A stretch of DNA of 20,272 bases from Armatimonadota bacterium. Lineage in GTDB: Bacteria; Armatimonadota; Armatimonadia; Armatimonadales; Armatimonadaceae. The position numbers were made by a program, and so were the translations under genes. A model generated the notes under the pieces. It had not been told where the DNA came from, did not search any database, and saw only the letters and a program-made list of their open reading frames with translations. The DNA is taken from positions 1-20,272 of the forward strand of contig JAYUUO010000310.1 of the NCBI GenBank assembly GCA_043754515.1, given 5' to 3'. Within the stretch, counting starts at the first letter, position 1. Every line of letters begins with the position of its first letter. Of this stretch, positions 8,922-19,421 are shown piece after piece.

Positions 8922-9054
8922 AAAATGCCTGTGTTCCGGATGCGTCTCGCCGCATCCACTGCTCTTTATGGTACCCCCGCGTTACGCGACACGCAACGCG
9001 CGGTCGGCACTTCATGGTTGCGCCACGAACCGATTTCGTGATAACGGTTATCCG

Positions 9055-9576
9055 ATGTTCCGCCTGTCCCAACTCCTCACTCCGTCACTGATGGTCCGGC
9101 ACGTATCCGAAGTCCCGGCGTCGCTACTCGCGGCGCGGGGGATTCGCGCCGTGGTCACGGATCTTGACAACACGCTCCTGCCCTGGCACGGGGATGATAA
9201 CGCCGCGCCAGAGGTGCTGGCGTGGCTCGGGGATCTGCGTGGCGCGGGGATCGGGGTCTGCCTCGCGTCGAACACGCGGCGGCTGGAACGGCTCGCGCGC
9301 CTCGCGCTCCGCTGGGATATCGCGCACGTGCCCGGCAGCGCGAACAAGCCGGGTACGCGGGGCTTGCGCCACGCGCTGTCGTTGCTCGGCGCGACGCCCG
9401 GCGAATCGGCGATGGTGGGTGACCAGTTGTTCACTGACATACTGGGCGGCAACCGACTCGGCATGTTCACCGTGCTGGTCAACCCGCTATCCGACCGCGA
9501 GTTCGTCGGCACCCGCTACATCTCGCGCAACTTAGAGCGGCTGGTGTTGCGCGACGAACGGGCGCGACCGTTGTAG
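9055..9576 (+). CDS. yqeG: YqeG-family HAD IIIA phosphatase
   Basis: GIRAVVTDLDNTL (DxD motif), ASN, ANKP and MVGDQLFTDILGGNRLG. Confidence 0.92.
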   Translation: MFRLSQLLTPSLMVRHVSEVPASLLAARGIRAVVTDLDNTLLPWHGDDNAAPEVLAWLGDLRGAGIGVCLASNTRRLERLARLALRWDIAHVPGSANKPGTRGLRHALSLLGATPGESAMVGDQLFTDILGGNRLGMFTVLVNPLSDREFVGTRYISRNLERLVLRDERARPL

Positions 9577-9588
9577 CGGGGGCATATT

Positions 9589-11367
9589 TTAGATTATCCC
9601 GTCGGACGGCTCCGGTTTCGGCGTTTCTTTGGCGTCGGCCTTCGCCTTCGCGGATGATTTCGTTGCGGCTCCCTTCGTCGCGTCACCCGTGCTGACACCG
9701 TCTTTGTCGTCCTTCGCCGGTTTGTCCGCCTTCTTAGCGACTTCCTTCACCGGCGCGGGCCGCAGTTCCAGGCGGCTGGCGGTGATCGCGCCGCCCGCGT
9801 AGGTGCCGACGACACGCACCGCGTACGCGTCCGGATCTTTCGCCGCCGTGAGCAGGTCCGTTAGCGCGATGGACTTGCCATCCTTGTCGCGGCAGACGGT
9901 GCCGACGGTGGTGTTCACCGTCCACGACTTACCGGCGGCGGGGGGGACGATGCCATCCCATTCCGCGAGCGGCGCGGACAGGGTGAGTGACTTATCGCCC
10001 ACGGTCTTTGCGACGGCGAGGAGCGACGCTTCGCGCGGGGCGTCGCCCATACTCGTCTTGACGAGACGTACTCGGCTGGCAACCAGAATGCCGGTAGTAG
10101 GCTCGTACTCGCCTTCCGCCTCGGCGTACTCCCCCGCTTTCTTCAGCGCGGAGAACAGCGCGTCTTTCGTGATCGTCAGGCCGCTCGCCGAGCGCATCAC
10201 CGCGCCCTCACCCAGCGTCACCCGGACTGCGGCATAGGCAGGCTCAATCTGGCGCAGGTCGCGGGCGGTGACCGCGAACGAACCCGCGTCGGCGTTCGCG
10301 TCTGAGACGTCACCGGACACGCTGGCGGTGTCGGCCGGCCTCTCGCCGTCCGCAAGCACCGCGACCGATTCGGCGAGGACGCGTTTGGTGTTCGGTTGCA
10401 GGCGACCGTGTACTACCACGCGGATGCCGTCCGTGAGCACGGGGGAGGGCTTGCCGTCGGCGCGGAAGAACGGGGCCGAGGTGCGAAGCCAGACCAGCAG
10501 GTTCTCCCCTTTCGCACCGGCGTCCGGCGTCAGCGCGAACACGCGCTCCGGCCCGTCTCCGCCCGCCGTTGGCTCCGAGACGATTCCGACGAATGTCGCC
10601 GGTTCTTGGCGCGACGGGTCGGTACTGATGCCGCCGGACGCCTCGCGCATGCTCGGCGTCACCCGCCCGTCGGCGAACTTGAAGTTGTCGCGATCAAACG
10701 CCAGTATCAGGTCTTCCTTGCCGTTGCCGAGGTCGCGGGGCCGGTCTATCAACGCCGTCAGCACCGGTCGCCCCTCGTCGTCGCGCCCGACCGCGTCGTC
10801 AATGGGGGTCGGCTTGACCGAGGTATCGCCGCGTTTCAGGAACGTGATGCTCTTGCCGAGCGTGATCCGCGCCCGCTTATACGTCTTTTTGCCGGTCACG
10901 CCGGGCGCCGGAACGCCGCCGAGGAGGGCGACGCGCTCGCCGGTCGCGTCCCGGAGCGTGGCGAGGTCTACCACGCGCCCAGCGTCGTCCGCCCAGATCG
11001 GGAATGTCTGATCGTCGGCGGAAACCAGTTCCACTTTGTAAACAGTCACCCAAACGTGCGCGTAATCCGTCGCCGAGGCGGTGTTCGCCGCGCGCGCGAA
11101 CGTTCCCGGCTTATCTGCCGCGCCGGGCGTCTTGTTCGGGGCGGCGACGTAGTCCGCGAGGAACAGACCGAGGCGTTTCGACGGTAGAACGGAACTGATC
11201 TGCGCCTTCGTCGCGCCGGTCGCGGACGTATCGCCCCCGCGCGTACTGAGAGAAGGTGAGTTCAGACTCTGACCCGTTCCCGCCCCGCAGCCGACGAGTA
11301 ATAAATTGCACAGAACGATCACGGCGGAAATGCCGACAATTAAGGGAATGGGGTGACGAGTGTTCAT
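9589..11367 (-). CDS. Lipoprotein with DUF4382-like N-terminal domain and DUF5666-like repeats
   Basis: Lipobox LVGC, YAHVWVTVYKVEL...VVDLATLRD, repeated (V)xVxGxY...I.ASRV/L beta modules and a Lys/Asp/Ala-rich tail. Confidence 0.7.
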   Translation of the reverse strand: MNTRHPIPLIVGISAVIVLCNLLLVGCGAGTGQSLNSPSLSTRGGDTSATGATKAQISSVLPSKRLGLFLADYVAAPNKTPGAADKPGTFARAANTASATDYAHVWVTVYKVELVSADDQTFPIWADDAGRVVDLATLRDATGERVALLGGVPAPGVTGKKTYKRARITLGKSITFLKRGDTSVKPTPIDDAVGRDDEGRPVLTALIDRPRDLGNGKEDLILAFDRDNFKFADGRVTPSMREASGGISTDPSRQEPATFVGIVSEPTAGGDGPERVFALTPDAGAKGENLLVWLRTSAPFFRADGKPSPVLTDGIRVVVHGRLQPNTKRVLAESVAVLADGERPADTASVSGDVSDANADAGSFAVTARDLRQIEPAYAAVRVTLGEGAVMRSASGLTITKDALFSALKKAGEYAEAEGEYEPTTGILVASRVRLVKTSMGDAPREASLLAVAKTVGDKSLTLSAPLAEWDGIVPPAAGKSWTVNTTVGTVCRDKDGKSIALTDLLTAAKDPDAYAVRVVGTYAGGAITASRLELRPAPVKEVAKKADKPAKDDKDGVSTGDATKGAATKSSAKAKADAKETPKPEPSDGII

Positions 11368-11478
11368 CGCGGCGAGCTCCTGTTCGAACCCCGCGCGTCT
11401 GTTTTCGGGACGGCGCGCAGGAGAATGGCATGGGGATAGTGTATCAAAAAGGAGCGGCAGTTCCCAACGACAAAAACT

Positions 11479-13320
11479 ATGGAATCCACGGAAATAGAGG
11501 CGGCGAAGAGCCGACTAGGCGAAATATGCGTTGCCCTCGGGCAGATCACCCCGGAGCAGCTGGCCGAGGTTCTCGGGCAGCAACGGCAGACCGGACAGCG
11601 GTTTGGCGACATCCTGCGTGACCGGGGGCTGGTCAGCGCACGCGACATCGCGGAGGCGATGGCGACGCAACTGGGCGTCCCGTTCCACGACCTCGAAGTG
11701 GCCGCGCCCGACCCCGCCGTGACTGCGGTCCTGCCCGCGCAAGCCGCGCTGACGTTCGTGATGCTCCCGGTGAGCCGCAAAGGTGACGTGCTCCGCCTCG
11801 CGATGCTGAACCCGGCCGATACCGAAGCACTGGAAGTCGCGGCGCGTCTCACGGGGTTGACGCCGGAACCCGCGCTGGGCGAGGGTGCCGCGCTCCGGCG
11901 CACGCTCAACCTGATTTACGGCAGCGACGACGCCGGGCAGGACGGCACCGCGCTCCTGCTTTCCGCGCTATTCCCCGGCGCGTTCGGTGACGACAACGAC
12001 TACGCGGCGGCGGGCGCGATGGCGGCGACCGGCTCCGCGATGTCGCCGGTCCAATCCGCGATTGAAGTGCTGGCCGCCGCGCCCGTGGGCGACGCACTGG
12101 TGATCGCCGCGCGCGACATGCTTTCCACCCTGCTCGAAGAGGCGATCCAGATCGGCGCGACCGCCGTTTCCGTTGAGCCACAGGGGGGGCACGCCCTGAT
12201 CTCCTACCGTCTGCCGCGACGCCAGCAACGACGCGCCATGCTCCGCTCCGCGCATGCCCTGCCCCGCCCCGCCCATACCGCGCTAATCGCCGAAATAAAG
12301 CGGCAGGCGAACTTAGAAGTGGGGGAGCGACGTCGGGCGCAACGCGGCTGGCTCGGACCCGTCACGGAACCGGGGTTGCCACCCCTCGACACGCGGGTCG
12401 CCCTGCTCCCCGAGCTACACGGTGAGCGCATCACGCTACAGCTCCTGCGCCGCGACCCAGTCGCCCCCGAACTCCTCGACCGCTTCAATCTATCCCCCGC
12501 GCAACGCGAGCTACTCGCCGCGCTCCTGTCGCGGCGCGGCGGGCTGATCCTGGTAACCGGGCAGAACTGGCAGGAGATGCTTTACTCGCTGGTAACGGTG
12601 CTGTCGCAGGACGAGGGCGCGAACGCGCGGACTGTGGTAACGTGCGAACTCGCGGTGCGCTACGAGATCCCGCACACGTCGCAGTGTGTGGTCGAACCGA
12701 TGGAAAGCTCGCCGGAGGCCATGGCTATCGCGGTCGCGAACGCGGTAGACGCGCTACAAGGCCAGGACCCCGACGTGCTTATGGTAAACGCGTCGGCGGC
12801 GCACCCGCGCATCGCGGCGGCGGTTTGTCGCGTTTCGGCGGTCGCGCCCGCGAGTAGCCCGCTGATCCTGGTCGGCATGAGCGCGGCGGGGGACTCGCTG
12901 GACGCGGCGGGGGCGGCGGCCGCATTAAAGCAGGCGGTGGGGGCGGAGGCGGCGGCGAGCGCGCTACTCGGCGTGTTCACCGAACGCCGTTTGCGCCGAC
13001 TGTGTCTTTCCTGCCGCGCGATGGAGGAGGCCGACGAATTGACCGCCGCCCGCCTCGGCATGCGAGTGGGGGACCCGATCTACCGCGCGGTCGGTTGTTC
13101 GCGTTGCGAGAACAGCGGGTATCTCGGTGAGTTCGATGTGCAAGAGGTGCTAACGTGCGACGGCGGATTCGCGCGCCTGCTCCGGGAGAACGTGGACGCG
13201 TGGACGCTGCGTCACTACGCCGCGCGAATGGGGATGGTACCGCTCAAGGAGACCGCCGTCGCGCGGGTCCGCGCGGGCCTTACCTCGGCGGCGGAGGTGA
13301 TGGCTCAGGGAATCGTATAG
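11479..13320 (+). CDS. GspE/PilB-like protein with MshEN N-terminus and degenerate ATPase domain
   Basis: RLGEICVALGQITPEQLAEVLGQQ...RFGDILRDRGLV (tandem MshEN motif), HGERITLQLL, GLILVTG, QDPDVLMV and CLSC...GCSRC..SGYLG. Confidence 0.85.
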   Translation: MESTEIEAAKSRLGEICVALGQITPEQLAEVLGQQRQTGQRFGDILRDRGLVSARDIAEAMATQLGVPFHDLEVAAPDPAVTAVLPAQAALTFVMLPVSRKGDVLRLAMLNPADTEALEVAARLTGLTPEPALGEGAALRRTLNLIYGSDDAGQDGTALLLSALFPGAFGDDNDYAAAGAMAATGSAMSPVQSAIEVLAAAPVGDALVIAARDMLSTLLEEAIQIGATAVSVEPQGGHALISYRLPRRQQRRAMLRSAHALPRPAHTALIAEIKRQANLEVGERRRAQRGWLGPVTEPGLPPLDTRVALLPELHGERITLQLLRRDPVAPELLDRFNLSPAQRELLAALLSRRGGLILVTGQNWQEMLYSLVTVLSQDEGANARTVVTCELAVRYEIPHTSQCVVEPMESSPEAMAIAVANAVDALQGQDPDVLMVNASAAHPRIAAAVCRVSAVAPASSPLILVGMSAAGDSLDAAGAAAALKQAVGAEAAASALLGVFTERRLRRLCLSCRAMEEADELTAARLGMRVGDPIYRAVGCSRCENSGYLGEFDVQEVLTCDGGFARLLRENVDAWTLRHYAARMGMVPLKETAVARVRAGLTSAAEVMAQGIV

Positions 13321-13555
13321 CGGGTGAGTCCGGGGCGCGAGTGCGTGGGTTCGCCCATCGTGCCGCGAGTCCGAGGCGCGGATGGATTAAAAGTGACCGC
13401 CGTCCCCACTTCCAGGCGAACGAGCAAACGAGGGGGTAGGATGGTGGCGGGACATCACCGTGGACGCGGTGGGGCTGATTTATGTGTCCTGCTGGCCGAG
13501 CGTGGACGTCTACCAGCGGGGCCGCTGAGCGATGCGGCCCCGCCCGAAACAGGGA

Positions 13556-15667
13556 CTAGTCCCAGAACCGGTACGTCGGCACGTTCGCTATCGTGCCGAG
13601 GATGTTCCAGATCCCGCCGACCACGAACTGCCCGATCATCAGACCGAAAAAGAATGGCAGGGCACGGCGGAACGTCTTCAGCCCGCCGAACCGCAGTAGC
13701 GTTGCCTTCGCGACCCACGCCATCGTCAGTGGGAGCCAGACGAGGTTCATCTGGTACGACGACGTGACCGCGAACGCCAGCGGGTGGAGCGGGAACCACG
13801 GGAAGTACAGCCGCGCTACCTGCATCGCCGACGCGATCGCGAACCCACCCAGCACCGCGAATAGTTCGCCGGGGTTGCCGTTCACCGGGTTCTGTAGCCA
13901 CCCCGCAATCCGCGCGTACGTCCCGTACCCCTGCGTGAAGCGCACCTGCGCCGTCGCGCCGTAGTGGTACATCAGGTCCAGATAAATCCAGAACGCCGCG
14001 AACGCTGCGAACACGCCACCCGCCATCAGCACTGCGGTCCACGCGCGCCGCTCCTTCGCACCCCCGGCGTCGTCGCACAGTTTGTAGCTTTCTAACTGAT
14101 GCGGCATCGGGTGGGAGCGGTGCGCCTGCGTGAACCATTGCAACATACCGAGCGCGACCAGATTCTGCCCGTCGAACGCGCGGGTGCCGGCGATGCGGGT
14201 CATTAGCATCTCGGGCCCCGTGAAATGTAGGTCATGAACTGGCGTACCGATCTCCGCGCGCATCCGGGTGATCGCGAGTGCCAGCGCGAAATAGACCAGA
14301 AAGAACAGAATCCCGAGCAGGGGTGACAGGCCCATCGTCGCCGTGAAAACCGTCAGCCCCACGAAGCCCGCGAGTCCGCCGAAGACCGCGAGGCGGTACG
14401 GCATCGGCTCACCGGAATCGTCCAACACGCCTTCCTTCCCGCACGCCTTGCGCCAAACGTCGCGCAGGTAGTGCCGCGCGACATAGAGTGACAGGGCGCA
14501 GAAAGACAGGTACGCGCCGAACGCCTGCCCCTCGACATACGGGAAGCGCGGGTTCATGTCCAACGCGAGCGCGACCACGCCTACCTTTTGTAGCTTCCAG
14601 AACCAGTAAAAGACCGGCACGGAGAACAGGAAGTCGAGCGGCATCAGGACGCCGAGGCCGATCACGAACGGGTAAAACGAGAGCGGCACCTCGCCCATCG
14701 CGGACCACGGCGGGCGCGAGAAATATTGGATCAGTCCGGGCATGTCGTTCAGGTCGGTGTACGAATAGCCGTTCCCCGTGTAGCCCATTGCTGGTATCGC
14801 GGGGAAGAAATAGTTCAGACCGTTGAACAGGTCCGGCACGCCCGCGACCAGCACCCCGACCCAGAAGAGCGGGTTTCCAAACAACCCTTTCGCGCTCCAG
14901 GTCACGGGGTCGGCGATCTGAAGCGGCAACTGCACGACGGGAAATGTCAGCCGCTCGTTCTCCGTCCAGGCGCGGCGCAAAATCGCGTTCAGACACAGCA
15001 TGACCCAGAGCAGGAGCGCAACGAACAGCGTCCAGCGGCACACGACCGGGAACCACGCCGCCAGAATCGCCGGTTGCCACACCGAGCCGGAGCCGATGTA
15101 ATACCGGTCGTAGATGGCGGGATCAGAGATCGTTAAATGCTTGGGCAGGAGCGGCGTCACCGCGCCCCAGCCGTTCGCCGCGCTGAAGCGGAAGCCGTAG
15201 GTGATGACCGGGATCAGCACCTGCAACATGTCAATCCCGGCGACGGCGGACGAGATGGCTAGCACCGAGTAGGTCAACAGTAGCTCGCCCGGCGCGAGCG
15301 CGTTCCGCTCCCCGAACTGCTTCGCGAAAAGGCGGTTCAGTCCGGCGACGACGAGCAGGATGAACACAACATGGAACGGGAGCGCGAGCGCGGTCGGGTG
15401 CGTGGCGTTGCGCACCGACTCCATCTGCATCTGCCAGTAGACGCTGACCGGCACGAGAAACAGGCAGAGTAGCAGGGAGCGCACTGTGACGGCGGAAGCC
15501 CGTTTCGGCGCGGCTCCGGGCGGTAGACCCGAACCCGCCGGGCCGACCGCAGATACGGTCGGCCCTACGGGGTCGGTAGGCGAATCACTGACGGTCACCG
15601 CCGCGAGGCGTGCAACACCCCCCGGCGCGGCTACCGGGGGAGCGGGCGGATCTAGTTTCGCGTTCAC
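13556..15667 (-). CDS. Polytopic membrane protein, DUF6785/DUF6784-like (putative OPT-like transporter)
   Basis: Many TM segments with motifs ELLLTY, LRRAWTENERLTFPVVQLP, TRMRAEIG and WFPLHPLAF...LLRFGG...PFFFGLMIG. Confidence 0.75.
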   Translation of the reverse strand: MNAKLDPPAPPVAAPGGVARLAAVTVSDSPTDPVGPTVSAVGPAGSGLPPGAAPKRASAVTVRSLLLCLFLVPVSVYWQMQMESVRNATHPTALALPFHVVFILLVVAGLNRLFAKQFGERNALAPGELLLTYSVLAISSAVAGIDMLQVLIPVITYGFRFSAANGWGAVTPLLPKHLTISDPAIYDRYYIGSGSVWQPAILAAWFPVVCRWTLFVALLLWVMLCLNAILRRAWTENERLTFPVVQLPLQIADPVTWSAKGLFGNPLFWVGVLVAGVPDLFNGLNYFFPAIPAMGYTGNGYSYTDLNDMPGLIQYFSRPPWSAMGEVPLSFYPFVIGLGVLMPLDFLFSVPVFYWFWKLQKVGVVALALDMNPRFPYVEGQAFGAYLSFCALSLYVARHYLRDVWRKACGKEGVLDDSGEPMPYRLAVFGGLAGFVGLTVFTATMGLSPLLGILFFLVYFALALAITRMRAEIGTPVHDLHFTGPEMLMTRIAGTRAFDGQNLVALGMLQWFTQAHRSHPMPHQLESYKLCDDAGGAKERRAWTAVLMAGGVFAAFAAFWIYLDLMYHYGATAQVRFTQGYGTYARIAGWLQNPVNGNPGELFAVLGGFAIASAMQVARLYFPWFPLHPLAFAVTSSYQMNLVWLPLTMAWVAKATLLRFGGLKTFRRALPFFFGLMIGQFVVGGIWNILGTIANVPTYRFWD

Positions 15668-15680
15668 CGGCGGGGGCGAT

Positions 15681-16649
15681 CTAATCCGGGTCGGCCTCTA
15701 TAGTCAGCGGCGAGAGGACCCGACAGAAACCCTCGTAAGCCGATTTGCCCTCCAGAGTCGGGGTATTGGCTTTGCTGTACAGCCATGCGAGATTTATCGC
15801 TTTGGTATGTCCGTCGCAATACAAGGCGTTCATCATGTCACTGTGCCGTGCGACGAAGTTGCCGAGCGTCGTTTTGCCGTGCCACTTTACCGGTGGGTAG
15901 ATGTGCTCCTCGAAAGGCCAAGTGGAGGCGACGAACGCGTACCCGGACACGGTGGACGGGCCGATGGACTCGCCGACCCAGATGGTGGTGGAGGGGACGG
16001 GAATGGCCGCCATACTCAGAACATCCTTCGACGCCTCGATCACCGGTGGATTGTCCTTCTCATCGGCGGTCTCCGGTAGAGCCTCGTCGTAGCCCCAGTA
16101 GGCGTCGTTGATCGCGTACGAACCGTGGTTACGGTTGCTCGTACCCGGAACCGTGTTGTACGGTTTGTATGGTCCCCATTTGGCGTCGCCGGGACCCATC
16201 CTGGAATAGCCGTAGTCGCCCGCGATTACCTCTTTGGGATCGAGGTATTCGTCTTGCGAGGGGCACGTGAAGATCGCGGTGGTTTTCGCGTACGGCTGCA
16301 CGGCGTCCATCCACTGGTATGACTGGTCGGGCGAGCCAGGCCCGTGCGTGTTGTCCTCATCGAACACGCCGTAATAGTGGCTCATCATTGCCTCGTCGAA
16401 ATCCTGGGAATAGATCAGCATGGCGGTGCCGATCTGCTTCATGTTGGAGAGGCACGCGGTTTGGCGGGCTTTATCGCGGGCTTGCGCGAAGACGGGGAAC
16501 AGGATCGCGGCGAGTATCGCTATGATTGCGATCACGACGAGCAATTCGATCAGGGTAAAACCGCCTCGGGTGGCTTGTACAGTGGTAAACGCACCGGAGC
16601 GTTTGAGAAACTTATTCGCACTCACAGGCAGTGACATATGCGTAGACAC
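15681..16649 (-). CDS. Prepilin-type N-terminal cleavage/methylation protein, DUF1559 with H-X9-DG C-terminal motif
   Basis: [45 protein letters not shown]...YSQDFDE and C-terminal [14 protein letters not shown]. Start could be ATG at 16637. Confidence 0.93.
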   Translation of the reverse strand: MSTHMSLPVSANKFLKRSGAFTTVQATRGGFTLIELLVVIAIIAILAAILFPVFAQARDKARQTACLSNMKQIGTAMLIYSQDFDEAMMSHYYGVFDEDNTHGPGSPDQSYQWMDAVQPYAKTTAIFTCPSQDEYLDPKEVIAGDYGYSRMGPGDAKWGPYKPYNTVPGTSNRNHGSYAINDAYWGYDEALPETADEKDNPPVIEASKDVLSMAAIPVPSTTIWVGESIGPSTVSGYAFVASTWPFEEHIYPPVKWHGKTTLGNFVARHSDMMNALYCDGHTKAINLAWLYSKANTPTLEGKSAYEGFCRVLSPLTIEADPD

Positions 16650-16801
16650 TTTCTAATCGCAAAACAAGAACAGTCGGGTTGGTTGTGAAAGGGTTAGTCG
16701 AAGCGTTCCGCGACTAGGCGAGTGTACCCGCGCGGTTCACGTTTGTGAACACAAAATGGTCCGCGCCAGACGATTTTTTTCCAATAATTTTACCGACGCC
16801 C

Positions 16802-18307
16802 CTACCGCCGCAGATCTTCGAGCGTCGCCTCAAGCCGCTTCAGGTAAACGGACGAGGTTCCCGTGAAGAGGCGGAGGCGTGCGCGCCCACGGCGGATCAG
16901 GCGGTGCAGGGTCGCGGTCGCCGCCTCCCGCGCGGTGGGCGTGATGCCACCCGCAGCTATATCGCCGACGAGATCGGACACGCTCGCGCCCTCCGGCAGG
17001 CGCGGCGCGTCGCCCGTCTCCCCGAGTACCCGCTCGATCCGGTCGCACGCGCTGGCAATCCCGTCCTCGCCCTGCACCTGCCGCCCGACCTCCGCCGCCC
17101 GGATCGCGTATTTCGGATCGTAGAGCAGTTTGCCCAACTCCCGCGCGACCCGGCGTGCCTGATAGCGGATGCGCGGCACGTTGCGCCCGACGCCGAGGCG
17201 GTGGATGCGGTCGGCGTGGTCGGGCTGGTCGTGCGCGAAGGGCACGATGAGTTGCGGCCGCCCGGCGTTTAGAGCCTGCCCTGTAGTGCCGACGCCGCCC
17301 TGATGCACCACCACCGCGGCCCGTTTCATCAGCTCGCCATACGGAGCGTACTCGAACGCCACTACACCGTCTGGTAGCGCACGGTCAGGGCGGTTGCGCG
17401 GGTCTTTGCCGATCAGCAGGATCGCGCGGCGGTGCAACATGCGGGCGGCCTCGGCGGACTGCCGGAAGAAGTCGCCCGCCATCAGCACCGCTGCCGTGCC
17501 GAGCGTGAACAGGATGGGCGGCTCCCCCGCCCGCAGGAACTCCTCTAAAGCGGGTTCCAGGGTCGCTTCCCGGTCGGAAAGGCGGTCGTAAAAGCAAAAG
17601 CCGGTCTGGTAAGCGTTCGCGGGCCAGTCCACCTGTGGTCTGGCGAGCGCGGACGAGAATAGAACGAGCGTTCCGAAAGGCGAGAATTGCCCCTCGAAGA
17701 TCGGGTGTCGTCCTGGTGGCATCCCGAGATCGGCGCGGAGCCGGGGCACCTCCTTCGCCCAGCGCAGGGTGTCAATTTTCGCGAGTTTCACGATCGGCGC
17801 GACGGCACCGGGCGGTAGCTGGTGCATCAGCCAGCCGGTGTGTCCGGGAGTACCGGGCGGGGTCGGCGGGTCGTACACGGACGCGAACACGATGGGTTGG
17901 AGCACGGTGGATAGCCAGGGGATGTCGAACTTCTCGGCGACGATGGGGACGGCGTAGGTGATCGGATGCGAGAGGAGCAGGTCCGCGCCCTGCGCTGCCG
18001 TCACGGCGTCCTCGTACATGAGCCGGAGCGAGGGCATCAGGGTGTCGCGCACCACGGAGCGCGTCCCGCCGCGCCCTTGCATCCAGCGGCGGGCGAGCGT
18101 AGGCACCTGGTCGAACGACGGGAGGTTCGGGCGGAGTGGGAAGAAGTCTAGGCCCATCCCCTCGATTTTCTCGCGGTAGAAGGCGACGGTGGCTATGGCG
18201 GGGCGGTGTCCGCGCGCTTTCAGTCCCTGCGCGAGGGCGATATAGGGGTGCAGGTCGCCGAACGACCCCCAGGTGAAGAGAACGATCCGCTTGCCTTGTT
18301 TGCTCAT
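16802..18307 (-). CDS. Family 1 (GT-B) UDP-glycosyltransferase, sterol glucosyltransferase/RhlB-like
   Basis: GSFGDLHPYIALAQGLKARGH, PILFTLGT and YAPYGELMKRAAVVVHQGGVGTTGQALNAGRPQLIVPFAHDQPDHA. Alternative start at 18346. Confidence 0.92.
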   Translation of the reverse strand: MSKQGKRIVLFTWGSFGDLHPYIALAQGLKARGHRPAIATVAFYREKIEGMGLDFFPLRPNLPSFDQVPTLARRWMQGRGGTRSVVRDTLMPSLRLMYEDAVTAAQGADLLLSHPITYAVPIVAEKFDIPWLSTVLQPIVFASVYDPPTPPGTPGHTGWLMHQLPPGAVAPIVKLAKIDTLRWAKEVPRLRADLGMPPGRHPIFEGQFSPFGTLVLFSSALARPQVDWPANAYQTGFCFYDRLSDREATLEPALEEFLRAGEPPILFTLGTAAVLMAGDFFRQSAEAARMLHRRAILLIGKDPRNRPDRALPDGVVAFEYAPYGELMKRAAVVVHQGGVGTTGQALNAGRPQLIVPFAHDQPDHADRIHRLGVGRNVPRIRYQARRVARELGKLLYDPKYAIRAAEVGRQVQGEDGIASACDRIERVLGETGDAPRLPEGASVSDLVGDIAAGGITPTAREAATATLHRLIRRGRARLRLFTGTSSVYLKRLEATLEDLRR

Positions 18308-18686
18308 ACCGGTAGGTCCCCGCACGGATCCGGCGGCGCGGCTCATCCGCCGTGCGCCAAACGCTGTTTCCTGTCCGTAACCTATTGTACACGAAAGGGC
18401 GTCGTTATGGAAAGGGGCGACTATAGCGGGTAGGGCGAGCGAGTCCTGGGCATGTTGGCAGTTCGGCTGTTTCTAAGGATCGTGTTCCGCGAGTTCGGGC
18501 CGCGAGCGTTTCGGCAGGCTGAACCGGCGGCGAATGTCCCTGGAGGGCGCGGCTCGGGCGACGCCTCGCGGCGGAACGGTTCATCGTCCGCCCCGGCGCG
18601 ACCTGCCGGAAATGTTCACATCCCGACGCGCCCACGTGGGTCTTCGACCCACGTGCCAGCGCGGGGCGGACACCCGCGTGGATAAT

Positions 18687-19421
18687 TCATGCATAGGACG
18701 CGGATGTTTTCCCGACGACGACGCTCTGTTCGGTGGCGTTGGTGAGTCGGAACTCGGCGGCGACCTCCGACTTGTCTATCCGGCTGATCGCGCCGACGTT
18801 GAAAACGCCGAACCCGTTGTCCGCCTTCAGGAGGGAAGCACCGGGGTCTATTGACAATCGGACTACTTGACGCGGTCGCTCGGTCTTCGCGACCGGCGTC
18901 GGCGGGGACGTGTTCCGCGCACCGAATTCCTTCGGATCTGGCGCGGTCTTTCGTAGTCCGAGTGCGTACTATACCCATGCCTCGCGCTCCGCCCCGCGCC
19001 AGTTCCCCTGCGCGATAACGCGGTCGTCTTTGTCAACCAGAACGAAGCAAGGCACGGTGCGGACGTGGTACTTTTTCGCAAGGTCCGTGCGCCACCCTTT
19101 GCCGTCGAAGATCAGCGTGTCGGCGATCCCCTGATCCTTCCGCGCCCTGAGAACGTCTTCGCGCCGGCTTTCGAGGTCTCCCGAAACATATCTTATATCT
19201 AAGCCTTTGTCCGAATAGTTATTACCCAAATCGGTGACGCTCCGGGTATCCCTGTTGCAGGAAGAACACCGTATAGACCGGAAGTTGAGCAGCCGTACTT
19301 TTCTTGGGGGCCGTTCGTTTTGGCGAACAGACGAAACGAACACCAGTGGTGGATTAGCAGGATTATGTGAAGGTGAGAACAAAACACCATATGTGTGCAA
19401 GCTACTGATCATCGTAATCAT
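18687..19421 (-). pseudogene. TlpA-like thioredoxin fused to a DUF1573-like domain, interrupted by stop codons
   Basis: KVRLLNFRSIRCSSC...FDGKGW...KYHVRTVPCFVLVDKD. The same frame continues past the TAG at 18969-18971 into FNVGAISRIDKSEVAAEFRLTNATEQSVVVGKTSASYA* (stop at 18687-18689). Confidence 0.65.

Noticed and set aside
9803..11187. Long antisense ORFs (144-263 aa) here and opposite other genes
   Set aside because: Shadow ORFs expected in high-GC coding DNA; no motifs.
18969..18971. Programmed TAG readthrough or recoding
   Set aside because: A second stop and degenerate motifs in the same gene, plus normal TAG stops elsewhere in the window, favour pseudogenisation.
19026..19035. GTCTTTGTCA complementary to part of the array repeat (possible anti-repeat or tracrRNA)
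   Set aside because: Only 10 nt, lies in the conserved VDKD codons of the thioredoxin-like gene, and is outside the mobile element.
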